A stretch of DNA of 64,000 bases from Geosiphon pyriformis uo1 (taxonomy: Eukaryota > Fungi > Glomeromycota): the NCBI GenBank assembly GCA_016748015.1, contig JAAOMT010000647.1:308668-372667 (forward strand). The letters run 5' to 3'. Position numbers and translations under genes: made by a program. Under the pieces are notes generated by a model. The model was given only the letters and a program-made list of their open reading frames with translations. It was not told the DNA's origin and ran no database searches. This document shows positions 13,200-25,837 of this stretch, piece by piece; positions within the stretch are counted from its first letter, which is position 1; each line of letters starts with the position of its first letter.

Positions 13200-16100
13200 A
13201 AAAATCTTTCTCTTGTCAATTTTCTAGCCACAATGAAAGTAAAAATTTATAGAAAAAGTAGTCTTTTTTTTCTTCTTTTTTTTTTTGTTTTTTTTTAATT
13301 ATTTCTTTTAACATTTTTCTTTTTGTTATAATAAAACCAATAGGCTTTTCTGTTAGTAGTTCTGGTTTAAGTTCAGCTGGTTTAAAAACCTGCTTAAATA
13401 CCAAAAAAAGTGTGTAAAAAGTATATATTCTCACAGTTTGTTTTACAAAAAGCTGAAGAAGTTTAATATTAATATTAGTATAGTCAACTTATTTGTTGGT
13501 CTTTTAAGACTTAAAGATATTAGTATTTCTAATAAGAAGCCTATAATATTTTGGAAAAGTAAAGTTAACAACAAAATTAGTAATATTAATAGTCTATTAA
13601 ATATAAAAAATATAAAAAATATAGTTGCCAAAAAAACCAGTTATATAAATTCAAATACTTTAATAATCAACAAAAATATAGATAATATTATACCATAAAA
13701 AACTTGTATCTAAATATACATATTGGGTTATCTACCAAAAGCCTTTTTATTTGTGAATTTAAGTGATAACAAAAACATTTTAATGTTTCTGTCATCTAAA
13801 TTTAATGGCTTTAGACAACTTTTATTGATTAGATTATATATTTTAAAAAAATAAAGTTTTAATTTGACAAAATTTTTTATATTAAATATTAAGCTTTCTG
13901 CTATGCCTGATAAAACTTTTGATAATAAATTATTAAGTATTAAAAAAATAATTATTATATAAATAGTTTTGGAAAGGGTGTTAACTCTTTTAAATTTTCT
14001 AAAATAATTAAATTATTTTTTACATCTAAGCTTAGTTTAAAAAAGACTAAAAAAATAGCAATCAGTGAAAAAATTTTAGTCAATGATAATATTAAGATAA
14101 CAAACAAACATACAAATTGAAAAATAATAATTAAGAAAATTTTTGTTAATTTTTCAAATTTGGTAAAATTATGTCTATTAAAATACAATTGATTAGTCTT
14201 TGGCAAAAAGTTTTGGTGGAGTTTAAGTTAATTAAAATTACTAATTTAGTTATAGTTAAGTAGTCTGTTCTTATAAAAAAGAACTTTATTTGTATAACAA
14301 AGACTGTTAATAATAAATATATATAAGTATTTAAGAATTAACATTGAACTTTGCTGTATATTTTGCCAATTGGTACTATTGTTTATAATTTTTTTGGTTT
14401 GTTAAAATTATATGGTAAGAAAATTTGTTTTATTGGCTGCAATCTAATTTTTTATATATATAACAAATATGCTGTAATTTGTTTTGCTAATAAGACATTA
14501 AAAAAACTACTATTAATTTTATTCTAGTTTTTAAAAGTGTAAATTTGTATTGGGCTGGTTTCTTTTTGGTCTATTGCATTTAGTACAAACAGTTTAGTCA
14601 TGTTTCTGGTATATGTTCAATAGATAAAAATTCAGATAATTACAGTAAATAGGTGGTCAATTTTTAGAATTAAATTTATTTGGTAAATATATATAAAAAA
14701 AAACAGACACTAATTATTTGCTTAATATTGTTTAATGAAAAACTTGGGCTTAAATTGCTGGTGGTTTTACTTTTTGTATAATATCTTTGGTTTTTTCTAG
14801 TACTAGTTTATTTTCAGATATTAAATCTTTTTTGCTGGTTTCTTTAAAAGTAAATAATAGATTTGCCACTCTTAAGTATAGTCTTGTTAGTCTTGTGAAG
14901 CAAATTGATAAGCTAACTAAAAGATTGAATGTATTTAGGCTAGTGGTTTCTTAGTCTAGTTCTGGATATTAGTTATTAATAATCTTTTCATTACAAAATT
15001 AAAAAGCAAATATAATAATGAATGAAAATTTAAATACAGCTATAAGTGGCAAGACTATAGCAAAAATAAAGTTATTGAATCAATTAACTGTTAAGAGATT
15101 TAAAGATAAATAAACAATTTATTAAATATAATTATAAATCTGCTGACCAAAATAGATAACAAAAGTTTGAGTTCAGACATTTTCCTTTAACAATAATTAA
15201 TTTGATCTGGAAAATTGCTATGTACAATGTTAAGAGTATGAATAATTCTGTTAAGCAAAAAAATTTTATTTATTAATACAAAGGAATAAACAATTTGATT
15301 TCTATTATTACTAAAACTAAATTAAAAAAAAAGATTTATCTATAGATTATAAATAAATTTAATGGTATTCAGATGTTTACTTCTGGTTTAGAGTTTGGTC
15401 ACTTGGATTTTAGTATTATAATTATTATGAACATTGGTTTGACAAGACATATATACAAGGTTTCAAAAATTGTTAGTAAACTTTTGTCTATAAAACTGCT
15501 TTTCAAAAATAAATTCTCTATTTTAATATTGAGATTGTATGCTGATACCACTCTAACAATACACTTGGCTCAAACAAAGAAGATCAATTTACTAATTACA
15601 AAGACTATAAATAAAACTTTGTTTATAATTTGGGTGGTAATTTTAATAAAGACAGTTCTTATAGATGTGCTAATTTCAAAAAGTGTCTTGATTTAGAGCT
15701 GGTTAATTCTTTGATGGAAAGCTTTGTTGTGAAAATTTTAACATGAAATAATTTTAGAAGTGCTAAAAAGATAATTGATTTCATATTTGTTTCTTTAAAT
15801 TTAATTAACACAGTAATAAATTGTAATGTTTTAAATATTGAAAAGCATTTTAATATTAATTATCAAGTGGTTTTTATTTTCACGAGTTTGAATGGTTTGT
15901 TGAATATGCATTTGAACTTTTTTTGTAAGCAGACAAATAGAAACTATTAAAAATTTGATTTTAAAGATGCCAATAATACAAAATAAACCAAATTTAAGAA
16001 TATTATGATGTTTAATACTACTATGTTTTCTGATAAGTTTGTTGTATCTAAAAATCTTTCAAATATAAATACAATATGAAATATTATTCATAAGATAATA

Positions 16101-19100
16101 AGTTTATCAACCAATAAAATGTCCAAAAAAAAATGGTTTAAGAGTTTTGATAGTGTTTTTATTAAAAAATCTTCTAAGTTTTATAAATTGAAATTATTGA
16201 TGTTAAAAATTGTTAAATTTTTATGTAATAAGACTAATAATAAGTTTGTTTTTGTAATAAGCTATTAGATGTCTTTGAACAGTGATAAAGCTTTAAATAT
16301 TCAAGTTTTATTAGACTTTAATACTAATTTTAATTGTATAAAATCTGTTCTTTTTAATATTAGAAAATCATATTATGCTTTCAAACTTGTTAAATTATTA
16401 AAAATTGAAGAGTTACATATTAGATTCACAATTAACAAATAAATAGAAAGCTTTGCCATTAATAAAAGTTACATGATCAAAAATATATTAGAGTATCTTT
16501 TTTGTAAAATAATGTTAAATTACTTGGTTGTTAATAATAAATTGATTTTAGATCCTAATAAAGTCAAATCTAAGGTTGATATAATTATAAAAAATTGGAC
16601 AAAAAAAAATTGGTATTGAATTATTTTTTAATCTGTAATATTGTTAATATATACTACTGACTTATATTAATAATACTGCTTTTTTTAATATTATAAGTGT
16701 TATTGATTACAATAATATAATATATGTGATCAAAAATCTGTCTAATAGAAAGGCTGTTAATTTTTTTAATATTACAAATAAGCTTTGAAAATACTGCAAT
16801 GATTTCATTTTTGTTATATTTTTAAATTTTTTAACTTTTGTTTGGTATATAAGTCTGTATTTTAACTTTGAAAAAAAGCTTGAGTGTTAATGATTCCTAA
16901 ATCTTATAAGTAGAAGAGTGTTTTGATTAATACCAGACTAATTGCCTTAATTGAAACTGCTTAGAAGATTCTTTTTAAGATACTTTCTGATAGAATTTTT
17001 TTGGTCTGTAATAGATTTAATGTTCTTTATAATAACAATTTTTTTGTATTAAAGAGCATTACTATCTAGGCTTTTATTTTTATAGTAAGCTTAGTAATTA
17101 AAAATACTTTAGAAAAGAGTTGTAAATTTTAGCTGGTCTTGTAAAATATGCAAAAAATCTATGATTCTGTTGGTTAATATTATTTAAAAAATAGTTTAAT
17201 ACAAATTAAAATATATGAGCAATTTATTAGGTTTTTTGGTAATATTTACAATAATAGAATTAATTGGGTCATGATTAATTATAGACTAATTAATAGTTAC
17301 TAAATACATGATAGTTTGAATCAAAATAAGATTTTTTCCCTTTGTTCTGGAAAATATTCTATGATTCTCTCTTATATAAAGTCAAAAAACATAAAAGCTT
17401 ATATGATTATTGTATTAATATTAAGTTTATAACCAAAACTAACAGAATAGAAAACCAAAATAGGTTAATTTTATATTTAGCAGCTGGTGTTTTTATTAAT
17501 AACACAATTTGGGTAAGAAGTAGTCAGGCTATTACTCAATATATTTTGAATATTACAAGTAAGTTTTTTAATATTAATAATATTTTAATTAATAATGAGA
17601 AAACAATAATCATTTTTATTAACCAAAGAAATAGAAATACTGCATTATTAATAAGTGGTTTGCCAATATTTATAATATAAAAAAAGGAATCTTACAGATA
17701 TTTTAGTATTTTTTTGTTTTTTAAAAGTTTATTTAAATTTAATTTAAGAAAAACTTATTTAAATGTCAGATTTTTTGCCAATATGATTTTGAAAAAGACT
17801 ATTTTAAATAAACAATTTCTTTATTTGGTCTTAGTTGTACTAAAACTTATTGTTGTTTACAAAATCCAATTTAGTTTTGTCTTTAGAAATATGTATAATA
17901 AATAGAATATGTTGATTAAAAAAAATTTGAAGATAAAACCTGACTTGCTTAAAAATTTTTCCAATAAGACTTTTTATTATTTATTTTTATATGACTTAAA
18001 ATTATTTGAGCAAATAAAAGCAAAAAATAAATTAGTTTTCATGTTAGATTTTTTAAATTTTGATAGAATTCTCAGTTGTTTGTTTGATTATAGATCCTGA
18101 ATTTGCAGATTTTAAGTTGGTCTCTCATTTATTTTTTGCAAAATTCTGTAAAATTAAAGATTAATCTTGTTAACAATTTTTTGGCTGGTATGATTAAAAT
18201 TTTTTTAGATTATAATGTTTTTCTTAACAATAATTTTCTCTTTATATTTCGTTTTTTTGATAGCACTCCAATGTTTTCTGTTTTGAGAAACATGATATTT
18301 TATAATATTTTTTACTTATTTAAGAGATTTGGTATAGTTTTTATTAAATAATTGTATAATAAAAAAGTGTTAATTTTTAATTAAAGAGTTTTTATTATTA
18401 AAAAAAACTTGATTCTAGAAACCCAGTTCTTGTTTAGTTCAAATTGATATATGATTACTTAGTTAATTTTATCTCTTATTTTACTATTCAGCCACTTGTT
18501 AACAGCTCCCAATTTTTAAATATTTGTAATACTAGTAACTTTTCTACAGTATAACAGTATTTTTTTGGTTCTAATTTAGATATTATCAATATTTATACAA
18601 ATAAGTCTTTAAAAAACTTGGATATACATAAAATAAAATATAGTGTAGTTGTATTTTTTGCCAACTTGAATTTAAGTATTGGTGTTAAAGTTGGTAATTT
18701 GGTGTTTTCTATAATAGCAGAATTACAGGCAATTGCTTTGGCCTTGAAATATATTTTAGCTTTTAGTAATGTTGTAGTGTATTCAGATAGTCAAGCTGCT
18801 TTGGATGCTTGTATTACAAAATTAAATATGGCTTTATCAGACTTTTACAATTATTGCTGACTTAAGAGGTATTATGTTATAAATTCTATTAAATATAAAA
18901 AACTTATTATTTTTTAAGCCAAAGTTAAAAACCATTTAGGAGTCTTAAATACTAAGTATGCTAATATACTGGCCAACTTAGCATCATGTTTGAATTTGTT
19001 ACTTCCTGTTTTTGTCAAAAAAAATACATCAGAGCTAATAAAATAGTAGTGTTTGTTAATGTTTATTATTTTACTTACAATATATTTAAGACTATTTATT

Positions 19101-19960
19101 ATGCTTATTGAAAAATTGGATTTGAATCTAGTGTTATTAATAAGAACATAATTAGAAATATTGATTGGATTCAAACTTTGTTAGTTTAATATCTTGACTT
19201 GTATATAACATCTGGTTATATAAATAAAACTACTATTAATTTGCATTTATATTTTATAAAACTTTGCATTATTATTTGCCAGTTGTTATTTATAAGCATT
19301 TATATAACAAAAAGTATTCCAGTATATTGTGTTTATATTGTAGAAAAGTGAAATTTTTTGATTATTTTTTTATGTACATAATAGACTCTGGTATTTACAA
19401 AAAACTGCTTGATTCATATTTAGTTTATTAGAGTTTTGTTTTAAGTCTGAATTTATTATTATTTTATATTTTATAATTACTTTTCTTATGTATTTCTGAT
19501 AATAGTGTATATACTGTTTTGTATAAAGATTTTGTATTTAAAAAATAATACATAAAAGCTGTCTTTATTTTTAGTTATACCAAAACTGCCAACAAAAAGA
19601 TTGTCAATTTGGTATAAGATTTAAGAATAATTTATTAGATTAAAGTATAATTGGTAAAAGCCATGTATAGAGCATTTATAGAAAAAAAAGTTTGATTATA
19701 CATAATAGTTTTGTGTCTTTAGAGATTTGTGGTTATTTAATTTTGCTCTTTAATAGTGTTGTTAAGTTGTTTGGAATTGAAAAAATACATGGTATTAGTT
19801 TTGGTTTTCATAAGCTTAGCAGTTTTTTTTTTGGTACTAATTGTGTGGTTTCTGTTAAAATAAATTTATAGTGTTGCTCTAATTAGTCCAAGTGACTAGT
19901 CATATGTAGAAAATACATGATTTGTACTTAGTTTAGATCATTTAATTTAATATATTGTGC
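13200..19960 (+). mobile_element. Near full-length, heavily mutated non-LTR retrotransposon (LINE): ORF1 with zinc knuckle; ORF2 with APE endonuclease, RT, RNase H and a C-terminal Cys motif
   Basis: Degenerate translations: knuckle YCI*YKQFSHVSGIC (~14570); EN start LIWKIAMYNVKSMNN (~15200); RT MIPKSYK*KSVLINTRLIALIETA (~16890), L*NMQKIYDSVG (~17140) and AGVFINNTIW for FVDD (~17480); RNase H IYTNKS, AELQAIALAL and YSDSQAALDA (18590-18810). The 5' boundary is approximate. Confidence 0.9.
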
Positions 19961-20029
19961 TAAGTAACATTTAAATTTTACTTATAAAATAATAAAAATT
20001 AAAAGTTTAACTAATAAAATTTAATAATA

Positions 20030-20900
20030 AAATGCCAAAAACTTTTTTTTAATGTTTTAAATTTTTCAAAAAGCATAATTTTGAATAAAAAGTTTTTTGT
20101 TTTTTTTTATAGTTTTTTTTCCAATATTTAGTTAAATACTTTGAAATCTTTTTTGTTTGACAATAAGTTAGCTATTGGCTCTAGTATTTTAAACATAAAA
20201 AATATTATTAAAAGTTTTGGTGTGAATTTGAGTAGAGAATTTTTGTTTTCAAAAAAGAAATAAAAAAATAAAGCTATTATTAAGAAGAATATAATTAATA
20301 ATTTTTTAGCAAAATAGAAAAGTTTTGGTAAAGATAATAAAAAAGAGTTAAAAGTTGAAAATATTACTAAGTCTGAAAATATTAACATGAAAAAAAAATA
20401 TTTAATGGAAAGTATTAATATTAATTATAATAATAAGAATAGAATTGGTAATAGAAATGTTAATAATACTTTAAAAAAACCAAAAATTGTGACCAAGTGT
20501 GTTCTAAAAAAATCTCTAAATAGAATTAAATTTTTCAATAATATAATGATAATTTTATAATAAATATTTTCTTATTACTTTCTTTTTTTCTCAAAAATTT
20601 GGTTTAGATTTCAATTAAAAAGTTTTTGCTTTGAATATTAATTTAAATGCTATGATAGAAAAGTTTTTTCAAGAAAAATTGAAAATAATTAGGAAACTTT
20701 TTACTAGTATTAATAGTTTTGAAAAGGAGCTTTTATCCTTTCAAAATTTGCTGAAATTATTTATGTATTATTTACTTTTGAATTAAGCTTGACACAAATA
20801 ATAGAAAAAATTAAAGCTGCAAAAATTTTAGTAAATACCAATCTTAAAAATTCATTTGTGTACTTAGATTAAATTGTGATAATAAAAAAAATTCCAATAA
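20030..20900 (+). mobile_element. 5' (ORF1) fragment of a second, related degenerate LINE
   Basis: 20620-20850 (KSFALNIN...INSF..SKF..II...FT.E.SL....KILVN.NLK) parallels ORF1 of the first LINE at 13870-14100. Confidence 0.65.
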
Positions 20901-23900
20901 AAACATTAATAATATAAAAAAAAATTTAAAAGTTTTTTAAATTACAGAAGTAATAATAATAAATTTTTAAATTAAACAACTAAAAAATAAAACAAATTTA
21001 ACTTTAAAATATATATTTAAAAAATTTAATATTATTAATTAAATTTAAATTAAAAATTATTAATTTAATAATAATTAATATTTTATAGATTATAAACAAT
21101 TTATATTAATTACAAATATAAATATTATAATTATTAAAAATATAATATATTATAAATTTTTTAAAATATTTTAAAATATTTTAATTGTTTTATCAATTTA
21201 AATATAAAAAAAACTAAATTTGTTTTTAAATTAGTTTTACTTATTTAATGTGTTTTATTTTAATAATAATTATTATATATTAATTTAAAATCATATAAAA
21301 ATACAAATTTTAAGCAATTTAAATAAATTTAAGTAATTTAAATAAAATTTATACAGTTTAAAATAAAATTTAATAAAATATTAAATAATTTACATTATAA
21401 CAAAAACTTTTTTTTGTGTTTTTATAATTATATTTGAAACAAAAAATAAAAAATTTGTAATTTTTTTTAAATAAATTAATAGTTTGTTACAAATCTATTA
21501 ATCTATTTTAAAACATTATTTTTATTTTTATTTAAAATTTTTTTTTTTAAATTTTTTTTAAATAATTAATTAAGATTGGTTTTAATATAATTATTATTAT
21601 TACAAAAGTTCAAAAATTTTTAATAGCAAGTTAATAATAAAATTACTATTTTTTTATATCTGTTTAAATAGCCAAAAAAACCAAAAATACAAAAAAATAT
21701 TTTTTTTTAAAGCAATCAATCTTTTAAAAATACTTAAAAAAATTTTTTTTTGAAATTTTTTAAAATATTACTTATTTTTTAAAGCCTGTTTTTTTTATAA
21801 AAAATATAATATTGGTTTTATTTGATTTTTTTAATATTTATATTATTTTTGTAATAGTTATATTTAATTTAAAACTAGTTTTTTTATTAAATAATAATAA
21901 CAATAATATTTTGCCAAAATTAATTCTGATTAATACATAATTAAATTGCTTAATATATTAAATTTTAGCTAATTTTTTACTGATTTTAAAATCAAAACAA
22001 ATCATATTTTTACATATAATTTAATTAATCAATTTATTAAATTATTTGATTTTAATAATTAAATTAACTTAAAATTCTTTTTTTTTTCTGTTTTTTAATA
22101 ATATTGTTTTTAGTAATATTTAAAAAACAATTATTAATTATTAAGAAATTTTTAATTAAGTAGTTTTTTCTTAATATTTATTTTTTTTTTAAAATTAAAT
22201 TGGTTTATATTAAAATTGTTTTTTAATTTGTATATAATTTTATTAATTTAAAATTTGTTTTTAAAAATAATATAAACTGTTTTATATAAAATTTGTTATT
22301 TAGGTTTTTTTAAATATTATTACTAAAATTAAATTTGTTAATTTTATTTGTTTTTCTACTTTTAAGATTATTAAGTTTTTGGTATTTTTAAATTTATATT
22401 TTTTATTATTATTATTATTTTGTAAAATATACTTAATTATTAATATTGGTGATTTTAGTAATGTTTTTTAAGTTATATTAAAGTCTGTTAATATTAAAAA
22501 TATATTATTATTTTAAGTTTTTTAATATAATTATAATTGTTTTTGTTTATTAAATAATTTTAATAATAAAAAAAGTTATTGTTTTTTATGATATATATAA
22601 AACCAAATTAATTAATTTTTTTTCTGATTATATTATTTTTAAAATTAATAAATTAGTTTTTTAAATCTGTTATTATAATTAAAACTTTTATTTTTTAGTT
22701 TTATTTATTTATTTAATTATTTTTATTTATTTATTTATTAATAAGTGTAGCCTAACCAAAGTCTAGAATAAGTTACAAAGAAAAGTAGCCAACTAAACAT
22801 GGTTTACACATTTGCTACATGTAACCAGCCACTCGAGCCAATCAAGGCAACACTATGCACTTATCAAAACACTAACTCTATGAACAGCACCAGACAAAAA
22901 CAAGAATCTACTCCTAAAACCGAAACCGACATCAAGAAAATCTAGCACACCAATAAGATAGACCATGCCAGCTGAGAGAGACAGAGCACCCACACCAAGA
23001 GCACTGGCCACAACAACATCATCACCAATCAAACCACTTCTCTCCATGTCAGACCTGAACCTAGTCCTAAAGAGCCAGAGGTTCGTTCTATAACTTTCAG
23101 CCAAACAATGGACAAAATCCACTACCATAATGGCCACTTTCTTCTTGTCACCGAGAGAAGCAGTGGCCTCATCCATCCAACTCTTGAGAACAAATTCCTT
23201 GCAAAAAACCAAATACAACCCAACATCAGACACTCCCAGAGAAAGATCTCGCAGTACAAAAAACGGCGACAGTAAATTAGGACCCATCAGAGTCCTCCAC
23301 AAACCACCAAAATCACCCAAAATATCTGACTGCACAAAAGCATCCTTAACACAAGTAAAACCATGATCGGGGAGTTTTACATCACCACAAAACAGACAAG
23401 ACACACCAGGGTAATCCTTATTATACAATCTCTTTTAAACAGCAACAGGCAACCTGAAATGAACAGCTTTCATGAAGTATGTACGAAGAGCAGCAGTGGC
23501 TCAACACGTACTCTCAGAGAGCATATGAGAGTTAGGGTGCCAAACTAGAGCGGTACTATTCCAATCGACAACCAGACTAAACAAACAAGACACAACCCCT
23601 TGGCCGAGACTCACCTCCCACTGAAACTTGCAAATAGAATGAAAAATGTCATGTACAAAATGACAGGCATTACTGGAAACTGGCCTGCCATCAGCAACTA
23701 CATATCTACAATTAATCCTGGCAGGAAGAAAGACCCCAGAATGCGCAGCCTGTTCAACAAAAGCGTCAGCCAAAACATTACCAGTGATGTCAGCATGACC
23801 TTTGACCTTAATCCAATGGACAGTCAGATCTTTGGATTCAATCAAATTAACCACATTTTAATTATAATTTGTTATATATATTAGTTATTAATATTATTAA

Positions 23901-25350
23901 TTAATTATTTTATTTTTAAAAATAATTATTAATATAATTATTAACTTATTTAATAACTTAATTATTGACTTAGTTATTAATTTAATTATTAATTTAATTA
24001 TTAATTACTTTTTAAAAATATATAAACAAAACTTTTCAAAGCTGTAAAAATTTATTTATATTTAAATTAAATTTATTTAAAGCAAAAATTAATATTAATT
24101 TTAATTTTATTATTGGTTTTAAATTGGTTTTTTAAAATTTTTGACTAATTAAGTTAGAATTTTTGGTCAAATTTATTGTTAAATCTGTTATTATTATAGT
24201 TTTTTTAATTGAAATATTTTAATAATTATACTTTTATAAATATTAAATTTAAAAACAAAATTCTTAAAATTGGAAAAAAATATTGGTATTTTTAAAAAAA
24301 TTGTTAATAATTTAAACAAAAAAATAATAAAATATAATGTGAATAATAATAATAAAATGTTTAATAAAAACTTAAATTTATTTGTATATAAAAAAATTTG
24401 TTAAAATAATAGTATTTTAAAAGTTTTAAATTGTTAATATTAAATTTAATTAAAAAATTATTATATAATTGGCTAGTTTAATTTTTAATAATAATAATTT
24501 AATTGTAATAATACAAAAAATAATATTTTTAAGTAAATTTTTTTTTATAATTTAATATAATTTAAATTAAATTAAATTAAATTTGTGTTTAGTTATATAT
24601 AAAAAACATAAATTATATTTAATATAAAATAGATTTCTGATTGTATATTTATTTTAAAAAAAGTTATCAAAAATTTTTTGGAATTAATAGTATTAAAACT
24701 TAAACATTATTAAAATTTGCATAAAAAAATTTATTTTATAACAAAATAATAATTTAATACTTAAAATAAATATAATTTATCAAACTAATTTTTTTTAACC
24801 AAATTAAAATTAATTATTATTAAAATTAATAATTTTATAATTGCTTAATTACTAATTTTGAATACATTAATTTTATTTTAATATTATTAAACACAAAATA
24901 AATAAGTATTGTAATTGTTTTATAAATAACTTTGAATTTTAAAACTTAAATATAATACTATTAAAATTGGAATTTAAATTAATTAATTTAAAAAAAAACA
25001 TTTGAAATTTATAATAAATTAATATTTTAAATTAATCATAAATAAAGACTGTTAAAAAACAAGTTATTAAAAACAAATTTGCAACATATACATTGTAACT
25101 AATTAAATTTATAAATTTATTTATAAGAATAAAAATTGGCCAAATTTTTAAATTAACAATAATTATTGATTCAATTAAATTAAAAAAAATTAAATATTTA
25201 GTAATTAAAAATTAAGTTAACAAAAATTGAAAATTTAAACTACATAATAATATATTGTTATAAATTAGTATGTTTTAATTTAATAGCAACAACTTTATTA
25301 AATATTTCAAAAGCATTTTTAATATTATCAGAAAACAAATTTTTAGTATA
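20900..25350. mobile_element. Extremely AT-rich decayed transposon relic, probably LTR-retrotransposon derived, interrupted by a LINE fragment
   Basis: Almost no G/C outside 22745-23855. 21660-21800 resembles 39550-39700, and 23960-24100 resembles 41690-41800 and 58440-58600. No protein motif is confidently readable. Confidence 0.45.
22745..23855 (-). mobile_element. 5'-truncated, relatively intact LINE 3' end (RNase H C-terminus, Cys motif, 3' UTR)
   Basis: VHWIKVKGHADITGNVLADAF (RNase H), YPGVSCLFCGDVKLPDHGFTC, and a 3' UTR homologous to 19871-19915. CpGs are retained. Confidence 0.88.
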
Positions 25351-25837
25351 ATAAAATTCAAATGGAGTTGCGAGGGACCAATTCTGGGGTCACGACTGAA
25401 AGGAGTTAGTTCGCAAGGTTGTACTTTGTGTGATTGGCATCGCGGCTAAAAGGAGGAAGTGGTTGGTGGTCAGACGGAGACCCCGAAAAGAGCAATGTTC
25501 ACCACCGCGTTTGCATCTTTTCCTCTTGTGGTTTTTGATCCTCCTTGCTGGGCCCAACGTTATGCCCAGCTCTGAGGTAAAAGTAATTCAAGGCGAATAT
25601 CTCCTTTATAACTAATTGGTAACAGCCGGGATAACAGCAATGATATTCTGAGTGCTGAGGAGGAAAATGCAGCATGCCCCATTTAATTGTATTTACATAA
25701 TCTGAAGTTTTAAATAAATATCACATGATTAATAAAGATTTTATTCCTCGGACTCTGTTATTGGTTCTCTGGGAAATTCCGAAATCTTCTCTTTTCAAAA
25801 TATTTCAAAATAGCTCTCGCAGATTGCAACGATATTT

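Noticed and set aside
25620-25645. CCGGGATAACAGC resembling an LSU rRNA motif
   Set aside because: Flanks do not match rRNA; short chance match.
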